From assembly GCA_008690995.1 (NCBI GenBank), contig VRMN01000020.1:124001-165934 (forward strand): DNA of 41,934 bases, given 5' to 3'. The notes under the pieces are model-generated. The model had not been told where the DNA came from. It ran no database searches and saw nothing but the letters and a program-made list of their open reading frames with translations. Below, piece after piece: positions 1 to 10,700 of the stretch (position 1 is its first letter; the number at the start of each line of letters is the position of its first letter). The DNA comes from Porphyridium purpureum (Eukaryota). Made by a program: the position numbers and the translations under genes.

Positions 1-437
1 GAAGGAACACGTTCTGCGTCGTGGCTGTGATTAAAGTCCCGGCGTCGTGTCTGCTGCCGCTCGCTGTGCAGCGAAAACGGTTCGAGTTTGGGCGCAAAAC
101 ACGTTTTGGAACGAGGTCAATCACAGAGCGCACTCGCCGGGCCCAAATGCCGTTTGTTACGTTCAGAAGCGCTGGCGGATTGGGAACGGAGCGCGCTCGC
201 CCAGCTCGCACAGCTTGCACGCACTGCGCAGAGCCGGTAGGCTGTCCGTCTTGGCCGCGCATCGCCTGGTAAACTAGGGCGACCGGCGGGCCGCCTCGGT
301 GCGATCCATGGCGCCGGCTCCGTTGCTAAATCATTTACTTTTGTATACCGTGCAAATGTTCTCGCGTGGTACCTCTCGAAGGCCTCACTGAGCGCCCCGC
401 GCGCAAGAATGCTTCAACTCTGCAGACTGGAATGTGC

Positions 438-2459
438 CTAATACAAATCGCGATTACGCACGAATGAGCGAAACTGATTCAGGACAAGACCTGGGCGATG
501 CGTGCGCTTGTATGAGATACGGTTGTTCACCTCGCCTTCGACGTATTGAATGATGGTCAAGTTGATGACGTCAAATACATAATTATCAAAGCGGATCCAC
601 CCACAGTCGGCAAGCTCGGCTTCAACAAAAATCGGACCCGTCATGATCTGGCCGGATGGAAATTCTCGGACAATGGAGTGTTCGTCGGCAAGGTCACGTC
701 CTCGGTCGGTGATCGACCAAAATTGCTTGATCCCTTTGCCATGAAAGCAAGTCACAAAATTTGACATGTTCGTGATCCTGATCTGGCCGTAAAGCAGCCC
801 CGCCGACAGCGTCCGAATTCCCAGACTTTCCTCAAGAAGCGTGATGAGAATCAATATTGCGGTGAACAATGTCACCACGTTGAGAAGGTGCGTCGTCCAA
901 TCTGAGTTTCCGAATATCGTGGTAAGGACGCTCACGGTGATGGCAAAAGTCCACATGCCCATCGCAACAGAGCGCGTCAACCAGTCGGCGGCGTAGAGTT
1001 TGTCATTATGAACCACTGTGGAACGACTTCTGAAGGGTTCGATTTTGATGCTGTCAGTATATGACGTGTCAAGTAACACTACGCTGTCCCACACTCGGAT
1101 GCGATAGGTATACTCATCACGATCATGCGTTGGCACATTGCGAAACACGGGTCTGAGCGAGACTATCACCAGCATGGTGCTCAGTATAAGTGCAATCAAT
1201 AGAGGAAAGCCAGCCTTTTCGGCTGCGGCGATGGCTGCAGGGTTATACGTACGAAAGGGCCACATAAAGTCTCTTAACATCCCGTCAATGTTCGAGGGCT
1301 TGTTCTTCTCGGATATCTGTGATGCCAACTCTTGTACCTCCTTATCATCAGGATCCACATAATCCAATACCAATGCAAGGGATTCGTTCTTCCATGCATG
1401 CCAAAGAGCCTTAAGCATTTGCAAAGTTATCTCGTTGAGCTCACCGCTGATTAGAAAGGGCGCTAGCGCTTTGAACAACGCATTGTCCAGCCGTATAATA
1501 CGACTGTTTCCATAATGCGACCGAAACGCTTTACCCGAACCGATCAGATTCGTCATCGTGCCGCTGACCTTGCGTTTTGTTTGGTCCGTTTGCGGGACGA
1601 AAGTCAGCAAGCTCTTGTCGTTCTCTACATCGAATACGTTCAGCACCTTTGCACGCGGCTCGAGTTCATGATCCATCGCAAGCTTGTAGTCACTTCGTTT
1701 CATGCCTCCATGAATCCCACCTGGCAACGGATAGAACTTGATGACGTCTTTTTCCCTGTAGTCTGCAATAGCCAACTCGAGTTCGAAGATTTCTTTTTCG
1801 TGCGCTTTCAGAACGGCCCTCGGTGGTCTCACAGTGAAACCATTGGCAAGTGACTCTGGGTTTAGATCCTCCGCGCAACCGACGCCAACTTTGTCGATTA
1901 AACTCATGATCCTCTTCACAATACTCAAAAATCGGAACATGCGCCGAGTGAGCTCGGGCGTCTCGGACAAGAAAAGAAACTTCAGCGGTGAGCGCTTGCT
2001 TCGAGTTCGATGAGAACGCAGTTGGCTGCCACGACTTTCTGGGCCATCAGCTGCGCTGGTTTGCGAATGACCGGATCCTGCTGGTGCTACATCACGACAT
2101 TGTTCATCATCGAGACACTGGACCGCTGATTCTTCGAACGCAAGTCTTCGACGATTGGTCGACTCGGCGCGACGAACAAGATCGCGTCGTTCAAGGTATT
2201 TCTCATATTTTGGGCAGTTGCACACGTTTCCTTTTCGGCGAAAGAAACGAGCAAAGACATGGTGAGGCTGCGCACTGGCGGCTGCGCACCGGTACTCGTC
2301 CAAATTATCATCATCATTACCCGGTTCCATGTCTAGCGAGCTTTCGGACGATATCGAGCCGTCATCCCCGTCACTTGTGCCATATCTCGCGAGTTCCAAC
2401 TTGACGTGCTCTCCATCCTCTCCTCTAGCCTGGTGGCCAGAGAAGGATCCGGGAAACAT
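438..2459 (-). CDS. Hypothetical membrane protein, 673 aa, about 3 predicted TM helices in the C-terminal half; family not recognised
   Basis: Uninterrupted 2-kb ORF with an acidic low-complexity N-terminus. Hydrophobic segments are FPLLIALILSTMLVIVSL, VAMGMWTFAITVSVLTTIF and LLNVVTLFTAILILITLL. A T13-CAG tract on the minus strand (2462-2477) just before the ATG resembles a 3' splice site, so an upstream exon is possible. Confidence 0.75.
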   Translation of the reverse strand: MFPGSFSGHQARGEDGEHVKLELARYGTSDGDDGSISSESSLDMEPGNDDDNLDEYRCAAASAQPHHVFARFFRRKGNVCNCPKYEKYLERRDLVRRAESTNRRRLAFEESAVQCLDDEQCRDVAPAGSGHSQTSAADGPESRGSQLRSHRTRSKRSPLKFLFLSETPELTRRMFRFLSIVKRIMSLIDKVGVGCAEDLNPESLANGFTVRPPRAVLKAHEKEIFELELAIADYREKDVIKFYPLPGGIHGGMKRSDYKLAMDHELEPRAKVLNVFDVENDKSLLTFVPQTDQTKRKVSGTMTNLIGSGKAFRSHYGNSRIIRLDNALFKALAPFLISGELNEITLQMLKALWHAWKNESLALVLDYVDPDDKEVQELASQISEKNKPSNIDGMLRDFMWPFRTYNPAAIAAAEKAGFPLLIALILSTMLVIVSLRPVFRNVPTHDRDEYTYRIRVWDSVVLLDTSYTDSIKIEPFRSRSTVVHNDKLYAADWLTRSVAMGMWTFAITVSVLTTIFGNSDWTTHLLNVVTLFTAILILITLLEESLGIRTLSAGLLYGQIRITNMSNFVTCFHGKGIKQFWSITDRGRDLADEHSIVREFPSGQIMTGPIFVEAELADCGWIRFDNYVFDVINLTIIQYVEGEVNNRISYKRTHRPGLVLNQFRSFVRNRDLY

Positions 2460-3424
2460 TCCTGAAAAAAAAAAAAAGCTTCAACGGCTCCTTCCGTGGA
2501 TCCGGAAGAAGGCCCACGTCGTGGACTGTGACACCTCAGGCACGTGTCTTTGCACGGGGTTGCGAAGCGCGACACACCAAATATACGCTCCTCACCATCC
2601 GCCCGCGACGTGTGTCGCAGCCGCACGCCGCCCTCCTTCGCAGTGTGATCAAAGTGCTTCTCCTACTGCCAGCAACTATGATGCGCGCGCGTTCGAGTGG
2701 AACGTTCGCGACACTTTTCATGATCACAAGGTGAAGCCAAGCGGAGCGTACTCACCATTAACGATCCATATTCTGTATATCTCTTTATCCTCGCAACGTG
2801 CCGCAAGTTTCTTCCGCCAAGACGCTCGGTCACACGCGATACGAATAACGGCCGAGCGCACGCAGGATAGAAAACGAGAATTGTGCAGAAAACCCCAAAG
2901 ACAGCAGCACGTGCTTGATTCAGGGTCGCTCACGCACAGTTCCTCATCACAGCGCGCCTAAATCAAGCGCAAAATAGTCTCTCACTCACAGTACCGAGCG
3001 CCGCCGGTCGCCGGACTCTGCAACGCCAAACGTTGCACGTTGCGCAGCAACGCAGACTCGTTTCGCGTCTGCAACCTTTTTCTGAAGGATTCGCGTGTTC
3101 TTTTTGCAGGCGAATTGGCGTTGATGTTCATAACGGAGTGGCAACGGCGGAGGCAAGAGGCACTGAATGTTTGAATATGGCATTGTCCGGCCAGTGGCGG
3201 AAGGACGCTTCTGCCAGTGAGGCTGCGGAAAATCCATCCTTTTTATGAGCAGACCTACTCTCGGATGGATCGACCCTCGCGGCCTTGGCGGTGCGGCGTT
3301 TCTGCCCGGGTCGTGCAATTGACTTTTTGAGCGGTGTGGGTCCGATGGAGCGTGTGATCGCACAGCGTCACCGTGTTGACATCGAGCGGTGCGTCGACTG
3401 ATCGCGATGTGGTAAGTCGACAGG

Positions 3425-3892
3425 GTGAAGTGCTGGTCGTGTTGCCTTTTGAAGCGGGCATGTGCGCTGGGAATACGCCACGCATGGTGCACCGGCGAGT
3501 CAAATATAGAGATATTTAATGACCATGTCTACAAGGATATGATCTCTTATATCACGTACTCGACCCGGCCCGGCTATGTACAAGGCGAACTTCACGAACA
3601 GAGGGGCACATTGGAGAATGTGAAAGATCTGATGGACTACACCATGAAGAAATTCATCCCCGATCTGGTGGCTTTTGTGCAGTGCTTCTTTGTGTATGAC
3701 ATTGCCGAAGCATCGAGTGCGGGTAGCAAGTATAATCAAGCCATGAAAGCGTACGTGGAGGACTACATGAAAGCAGGCCCAAATCTGGCACAGCTCGCTG
3801 GTCGAGCTGCAGAAGAAGGGCAGAAAAGGATTGCGGTAGCGCAAACAATGAAGGCGCGCCTCGATGTGATGCGAAACTCGAGCCGAATGTGA
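3425..3892 (+). CDS. Small helical hypothetical protein, or the 3' remnant of a decayed gene
   Basis: Protein-like composition from about 3520 (DHVYKDMISYITY...KARLDVMRNSSRM). Upstream sequence from about 3176 reads as stop-interrupted coding. No recognisable motif. Confidence 0.35.
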   Translation: MKCWSCCLLKRACALGIRHAWCTGESNIEIFNDHVYKDMISYITYSTRPGYVQGELHEQRGTLENVKDLMDYTMKKFIPDLVAFVQCFFVYDIAEASSAGSKYNQAMKAYVEDYMKAGPNLAQLAGRAAEEGQKRIAVAQTMKARLDVMRNSSRM

Positions 3893-4367
3893 GCTTACTT
3901 GGTTTTGTAAAAGCCGATCTATTCCTGCAGCGGGGGCTTAAAGCGCGTTTGCAAACAGTATCGCACGGCTGCAGCTTGCGCCAGTCTTGGCGAGCGCCCG
4001 CACAGGTGGAAGCGCACTCGTTTGCTGGAAAGAGGAGCCGCGTTGGGTGGTGGCAAAGGCTGTGACCTGAGCGGCCGAGGCGTGTTTGACATCACCCGTT
4101 TGCGGGCGCGAAGGACTCGGTATCTTATCCTCTCTGTCCAGGCTTTTTTCGTGTGCGGGCAAATCCTTCCTTTGGTTTTACTTTGTCAAGACATGATCGT
4201 GTGGTAAACTATTCTCTTTGCTTCTCGCTGCCTCGTGAGCCGCGCAAGTCTGGGTGTTCTCAATTGCGTCCTGTTATGCTTGACCCGGCCGCCTTTTGAT
4301 CTTAACTCCCTGTGCCGGATGCAAGCAAGGTCACTGAACAGGTGGGTGGCGGGACCAAGAACCGCTT

Positions 4368-5900
4368 CTATTGCTGATTCGCATCGACGTGCTCCTCGGG
4401 TGTGTTGAACGTGCCGTTGTCCATTTCGGCTGGGATCACCTCGGGCTCGTTTGGCGGCTCGGTTGGCGGCTCGGTTGGCGGCTGCGAGACGCCATTGGTC
4501 TCCTGGCGTTGCTCAGATGGCGGCATCCCTTCTTCGTCAGCACTGCTTTCATGTGCACGCGCAACTGATTGCATCATTTCTTCAAGCCGCCGCTCCTCTC
4601 GTTGTCGCATCCAGTCAGACTCCAAACCTTCCACACCAATGTCGTGTCCCAGTTCTTTGGCAGGGTATGCGTGCGCCATGACGTTGTCCCGCTCTTCTTC
4701 AGTGAGATATCCACCAGAAATCTGCTTTGCATTGCACTCGGTCGTGCGCACTCGCTCTCCTTGCGTTTCCAACGCTGTTTTGGTTGCCTCCTTTAGGTGT
4801 ATGAGCACCTCCAAACTCGCATAGTACACAAGCTCATTCCACGCTCGCTTTTCGGTACAGTCAACCCTCTCGAAGCCGCCGATATATTTGTCCGACCCAC
4901 TGCTCGTCCGGATAGCCAAGCGCCAGTCAGCTACGTCATCCTTTTCGTATCGCTCCAGACACGCGCCATCCATCGCCCGCACGTGAAGCGCCTCCCGAAA
5001 CTTGGCTCGAAACAATCCTAGAGTGAAGACCTTGATCGCATTCGACGCATGAACGTGGGAGGTGCGATCCGCAAAAAACTCAATCGCGCTGGACCGAATG
5101 ATACGCATGTGTGTTTCTGGGTTGCGACACAGAAAGGCGAGCGAGCCGTCTCCTTTGGTTGCAGCGATCATCGTACCCATCATGCCTTTGGACATTGAGT
5201 CCTGTCGCGCCGACCGAGACTTGATATCATGCGTTCTCCTGGAGCTCAGCCACCATGTTTTTTAGCGCCGCCTCGCGCTCCTTTCGCGCAATACAATCCT
5301 GCAGCTCGGCTTGACATAGCCGGTCTAAAATCTTGGCACAGCATTCAAGGCTACGTTTCACTGTGGGAGGATATCTTGTTCGGATGCCGCGTGACCTGGT
5401 CAAACTTGGTTGCCAATGCGTAGCTGTACGTGAAGCCCTGGCCCGGTGGAAACGATCTCACGACCTTTCCACTTTCTGTGGATTTCACTGATGGACCACT
5501 GCCCAACACTTTGACAAGGTCGACGCGCCTCTGTCTTTCTACTTCGAGCCTGGACACAAAACAATCCTTCTCTTGATGCAAAAGTTCCTCATCCAACATG
5601 GCAGACTTTGTCACGTGGATCAGAAGCATCTTCTCGAATTCCGCGTGCCCAAAGATGTCACCGTAGCCGCTCAGCACGTGGCACAAATTGGAGCTGATGG
5701 CGGTGGATCCTTCGGCCACACACACCACCGCCGTTGGTACCTGCTTGAAGCTCGCCGCCATGAGCTCCTCGCGAGAGACCAAGAAGCTTTCCCAGGCCTC
5801 TCGCGCTTGTTATGAAACATACACATTCACAAAGTTCTCCACGCTGGGTGTCGAGGACGTGCGAGCACGGTTGAAACCGGTAGCTGCGAGATGGCTCCAC
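4368..5900 (-). pseudogene. Fragmented gene of unknown family (ORF pieces 5351-5782 and 4368-5195)
   Basis: The frame of 5351-5782 continues upstream through one TAA (ENFVNVYVS*QAREAWESFLVSREELM). A protein-like piece in another frame (ELQDCIARKEREAALKNMVAELQENA, about 5230-5310) bridges to the 275-aa ORF. The acidic C-terminal tail has PPTE-PPTE-PPNE 12-bp repeats. Confidence 0.45.
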
Positions 5901-7423
5901 ATGGGCGTGTGTTCACGTTACGAACTCGGTCAAGAATTAGACCACCTTTGCGCGAGAACCCAGTCTACCAATGTCCATTGTTGGACGCAGTGCGCTCTTC
6001 ACGTCACGAAGCCCTCGTTGCCAGTTCTCGCCGAGGTTGCACCGCTTTCACATTCTCGAACGGGCGCGCAGGCGGAAATGGAAGGCGCGGAAAGCAGGTG
6101 GGCAGCGCGGTGCCGCGTCCGCGCGCAGGTTCGTGCGCGACGCCAGCAGGCTGAATAAACCGCGGGCGCGCACTTGGCTAGTTCAGCTCGCAGCCTCAGG
6201 ATATGAGGCGAACCAGATGTGAAAGAAACATGGAACGCAGACCGAGATGCGGCGACAGACAATGAAAATGTTGGTGTCTAGGAAGAGTATGAAATTATCC
6301 GACAAGTTGTCCTGGTTTTAATCTACGCGTCGGTGCCGTTTGCCCTCGAATCATGGTCTAGGTTTCAATGTGTACACCTTTCTAGAAGGATGCGAGGCCG
6401 GGAGCACGTCCGGTGACTCGGAAACCTCCGTGAACACATTGCTCGGTCCGACTATATCGGTTTTGGATTCCACATCAGTGAGTCCACCACCAACACGTTC
6501 TCCATCTCTGTCAAGAGCTAGTTATTGCACCGATGCACAGAAAAAGTCTTAAAAACTGTTGTGGGCGCCGAATGAATCAAACTGATGGAGCTCGACGAAT
6601 AGATTCTCAGGACAATGACAGACGATTTATTGAGTCCAGAAGAACGGGACAGGGAGATTCTCCAAAAAAATTATCCATGCAGAGATGAGGGGTCAAATGC
6701 TGACGTGCAGCGATTGAACGCGACAATGTGTGTTTCAACAGGGCGCGGATGCCGATCTTTGTGGAACCGACCAATATGGTTTGCACCATGCATGCTCGCA
6801 AACCATTGCGCTCTCCTGAAGACATGCTCTGGCGCTTCCAACGTGGTTCGCTCCTGAAATCGTAGTTTGCAGAGAATTATGACAGCGTCTCTCGCCGCCG
6901 ACTTTAAACAAATGGATAGCTCGTGGCTAAAGCTCCAACCATCAAACGCATCCACGATCTGCCATTGGAATATCCAAGGTTGCGTGAATCGACCAAGACA
7001 AGCGCACATCGGATGTGCCCTGCTAAACTTCATTGACAAAAGAGTCACCATCACCAATTCTTTCTACCTGGGCATAGTCCTCGGCGTCGCAGTACGCGGG
7101 ATCCACCTCAGATTCCCACACGTTTAACTCTGATGAATCTGTGAGACTTGTAGAGGCTTGCGTCTCCGAAACGTCCTCTTTCCCCATCATCAATTTGGCA
7201 ATGGATTTCTCAGCGGCGTGCTCGATAGCATCGTAATTATGGTGCTCGTGCACTTTGCGAGCCATCTTCAGCAAAACTTTCATGTGATTTTCCACGAGCG
7301 CAACGCGAGAAAGCAGCTCAGCCCTGGTGCTTTCAGTCACCGCCAACTCTAGCTGGCGGTGAATGACGTAACCAATATTGCCCAGCACAAACTGCAATTT
7401 CCTAGAGACCTGGACGTCTGCGA

Positions 7424-7773
7424 TGTTGGAATTCGACAACCCACTCCAACTCAAGAGGCACAGTTTCAGGTGACACGGTTTCGGATTACGCGGTTTCGGA
7501 TTGCATGGTTTCAGGTGGCACGGTTTCGGACTACACGGTTTCGGATTGCATGGTTTCCCGTGAAGACGATGAGCATAAAAGGGCGAGTGGAGCGCACGGA
7601 AGACGCGAGAGGCAAGAGACATAGAGGCAGAGGTTGTTGGCTGAAGGTATAGAAGTAAACGGTGCTCCATTCGTTTACGCGAGCGAATCCCCGGCGAAGG
7701 CAGAGAGCCTGCGCGGTGCGCCGGGCACGGAGGACGAGTGGCGAATTGCGCGAACGACGAGCCATTTTCAACA
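7424..7773 (+). repeat. 5' LTR (350 bp)
   Basis: TGTTGGAA...TTTCAACA terminal inverted ends; no difference from 11925-12274 seen by eye. Confidence 0.97.
7459..7563 (+). repeat. Seven 15-bp tandem units (cacggtttcggatta-like) in the LTR, with a 45-bp higher-order period; also at 11960-12064
   Basis: cacagtttcaggtga / cacggtttcggatta / cgcggtttcggattg / catggtttcaggtgg / cacggtttcggacta / cacggtttcggattg / catggtttcccgtga. Confidence 0.93.
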
Positions 7774-10700
7774 TGGTATCATCGCTGGGCAACATGGACA
7801 GTGGGATGGCGCGTCTGAATCCGTACAATTACGCGACATGGAAGACGCAGATGAAGATGCGTTTACTTGAGAAGCAGGTGTGGAGCGCTGTCGTTCCCCT
7901 GACTGAGGGCGTGGAAGACTCCAGCACGGGTACAGACAACATGAAGGCACTGGGCCTCATCGGCTCTGCTGTTGAGCCAGCGTTGGTGTCGCATATTGCG
8001 CACGTTGAGTCGGCGAGAGACGCCTGGAACGTATTACAGTCGGTTTTCCAAATGAGCGGGGCTGCGCGTGGGGCATCTTTGCGGAGAGAGCTTCACGCCA
8101 TGAAACTGAAAGCCGGTCAGGCTATAAATGAGTACGTTGCAGAAGCTGTGCGCCTTCGGAACGAATTTATTATAGCCGGGATTTCTATTGACGCACAGGA
8201 ACTGAATCAGGCCCTTTTTGCTGGACTGCCGGGAGAGTATGCGATTGCGGAGCACATGGCATTGGTCGGTGGTGCTCAGGCCTTGGAGAGCATTTTACCT
8301 TCGTTGCTTCTGGCAGAAGCGTCGATCAACTTGAAGAGTGAGCCACGTTCAGCCGGAGAGCACGGTCATGGCGTGGCGTTGATGGCTCCATCGCGGCAGC
8401 CACGTCGTCAGCGTCGACGTTTGACGTGTTTTCGCTGTCAGTCCGAAGAGCATTTGATTCGGGAATGCCCGCATCCGCCAACCACCGGTGCGCCCTACAG
8501 CTCTACGCATGGCACATCTCATGCGCGGCTGAGTCTTGAGCCAGATGCTGCGATAGGAAGCCGCAACGGAGAGGTTGTTCTCGCTTGCCGAGTGGCCGTC
8601 ACGCGTTCGTACGCGGATGTATGCGCTGGCAGAATGGCACAGAGTGGTAGAGTGGCTGAGGAACCGGCGGCCACAAGTGCGTTCCGTGCGGGAAACTTTA
8701 CTGACGCCTTTCATCTCGACGACCAAGCCAAACGATGCGGCTTTATTATCGATAGCGGCGCAACATCTCACATGACTCCCAACTTGGAGCTTCTTTGTAA
8801 GACGGCACCATGTGAGAAGAACATTCTCGTTGCTGATGGGAGGCGCCTGACCGCGAGTTTGGAAGGGTCCGTCATCCTCGGAGATGGTGTCCGCCTGGAC
8901 AGGGTGCTCTATGTGAAAGATTTAGAAGCGAGCCTGCTCTCTGTGCGGCAAGTTGTGGCAAGCGGAGCCAGTGTGTCCTTCAATGAGGACGCGTGCGTAA
9001 TAAGCAAGGGCGGGCGTACGGTTCTGACAGGGACTAGGAGCAAGCTCGACGGCCTCTATCGGGTCAGGGAGACGCGCAAGGCGTTTGCGGCCTCGATGAC
9101 AGCGGACAAGCATTGGCTGTGGCACGGACGATTTTGTCATCCATCCCCGTCAGCGCTGCAGAAGACAATGAGTATGGTGGACGGCGTGGACGCGGAAATC
9201 GTCGGAGAAAAGGTGAGCATGCAAGAGAGCTGCACAGCATGTTTGGAGTCCAAGCATTCGAGGCGTGTCTTTCCGGCTACAGGTACCCGCGCTCAAGCCC
9301 CCTTGGATTTAATCCACACTGATATATGCGGGCCCATAAGTCCTCCCGCGCATGATGGATCCAAATACTTCATCACTTTCTACGATGATGCCACGCGTCT
9401 TTCTGTCGCGCAACCCATTAAGAACAAGGATGAGTCTTTCGCCGTACTTACAAGGACACTCAAATATTTAGAGAGGCAATCGGGGCGAAAGGTGAGACGC
9501 ATCCGTTCCGACAATGGAGGCGAGTTCGTGTCAAGGAAGATGGAAGAATGGTTTGCAGACAACGGTATTGCGCACGAGCTTGCGCCACCGTATACGCCGC
9601 AAATGAACGGGCGTGCGGAACGGCTGAACCGGACCCTGCTCGAAAAACTAAGAACAGTTTTGCGGGCATCGGGCATGGGAAAACAACTTTGGAATGAAGC
9701 ACTTCTGGCTGTGAATCATGCGCGCAACAGGACAGCTGTAGATGACCTGACGTGCACTCCGTGGCAGGCGTTCTTCGGAAGGCGGCCAGATGTTAGCCAC
9801 CTGAAAGTGTTTGGTGCGAAGTGCATAGTGCTGGACACGCAAGCGGAAAAGTTGGATCCACGAGGCAAGGCAGGACGCATCGTTGGGTATGGAACAAGAC
9901 CACATGTATACAGGGTGCATTTAAATGAGGGCATAGTAGTGAGTACAAATGTTCGAGTTGTAAGCGAAAATGGAGACCCTATGCAGACAACGATGGGGCA
10001 AGTCGACTGTGAGGACGAAGACCAGGATATCCCTCTTGACGACGAAGAGGCCTCGACGGAGAGCTCTATCGCGACCGTGGAAAGCGGAGGTGTGCCAACC
10101 CCGTCGACGCCACAAGACGATTCTCTGGGCATTGTCCGCAATCGAGTTCGCGGGTGGCAAACTGAAACACCGTCTGCTTTCATAAAGTCGACAAGGAGCG
10201 GGCGTGATATTCGAATGCCGACGCGCTATCGTGCGGATCTGTGCTTCCTGACGCAGTTGGTTATCGACCCCGACATGTTGGCCTCGAAGGAAGCTATAAG
10301 CGCGCGACATCGTGAATTAGAGACTATCAAGAGATTTAAGACTTGGGAACCCACACAGGTGATGGAAAAGAGAGAGGCCGAAAAGATACCGGGGGCTTTG
10401 TTCGTACGCGTGAAGTTTGTGCATGCTCTGAAGAACTCTGAACTCGACGGGCAAGCCGAATGGAAGGCACGCCTAGTCGCCCAAGGCTGTGTTGTACGCG
10501 ACGCCACCGGGCGAAATGTGAAAGACGAGCTCGAGTTCCCATACGTTGCACCAGCTTCTCTGCTGGCGGTGAAATCAAATCTAGTTTTGGCAAGGGCACT
10601 GGGTCACGATGCGGGGATTTTTGATTTCGAGGCAGCATATCTAGGAGCTCGTCTCACTGGCCCGCCAATTTTTCTTATACTACCAAGGGAGGCGTGGGAT

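Noticed and set aside
2329..3503. ORFs 2329-2961 (+) and 2986-3492 (-)
   Set aside because: Ser/Arg/His-rich translations typical of non-coding GC-rich DNA; the first overlaps the 673-aa gene in antisense and crosses a poly-A run.
7459..7563. Short regular repeats resembling a CRISPR or iteron array
   Set aside because: The units are contiguous 15-mers without spacers, lie inside both LTRs, and there are no cas genes in this eukaryotic context.
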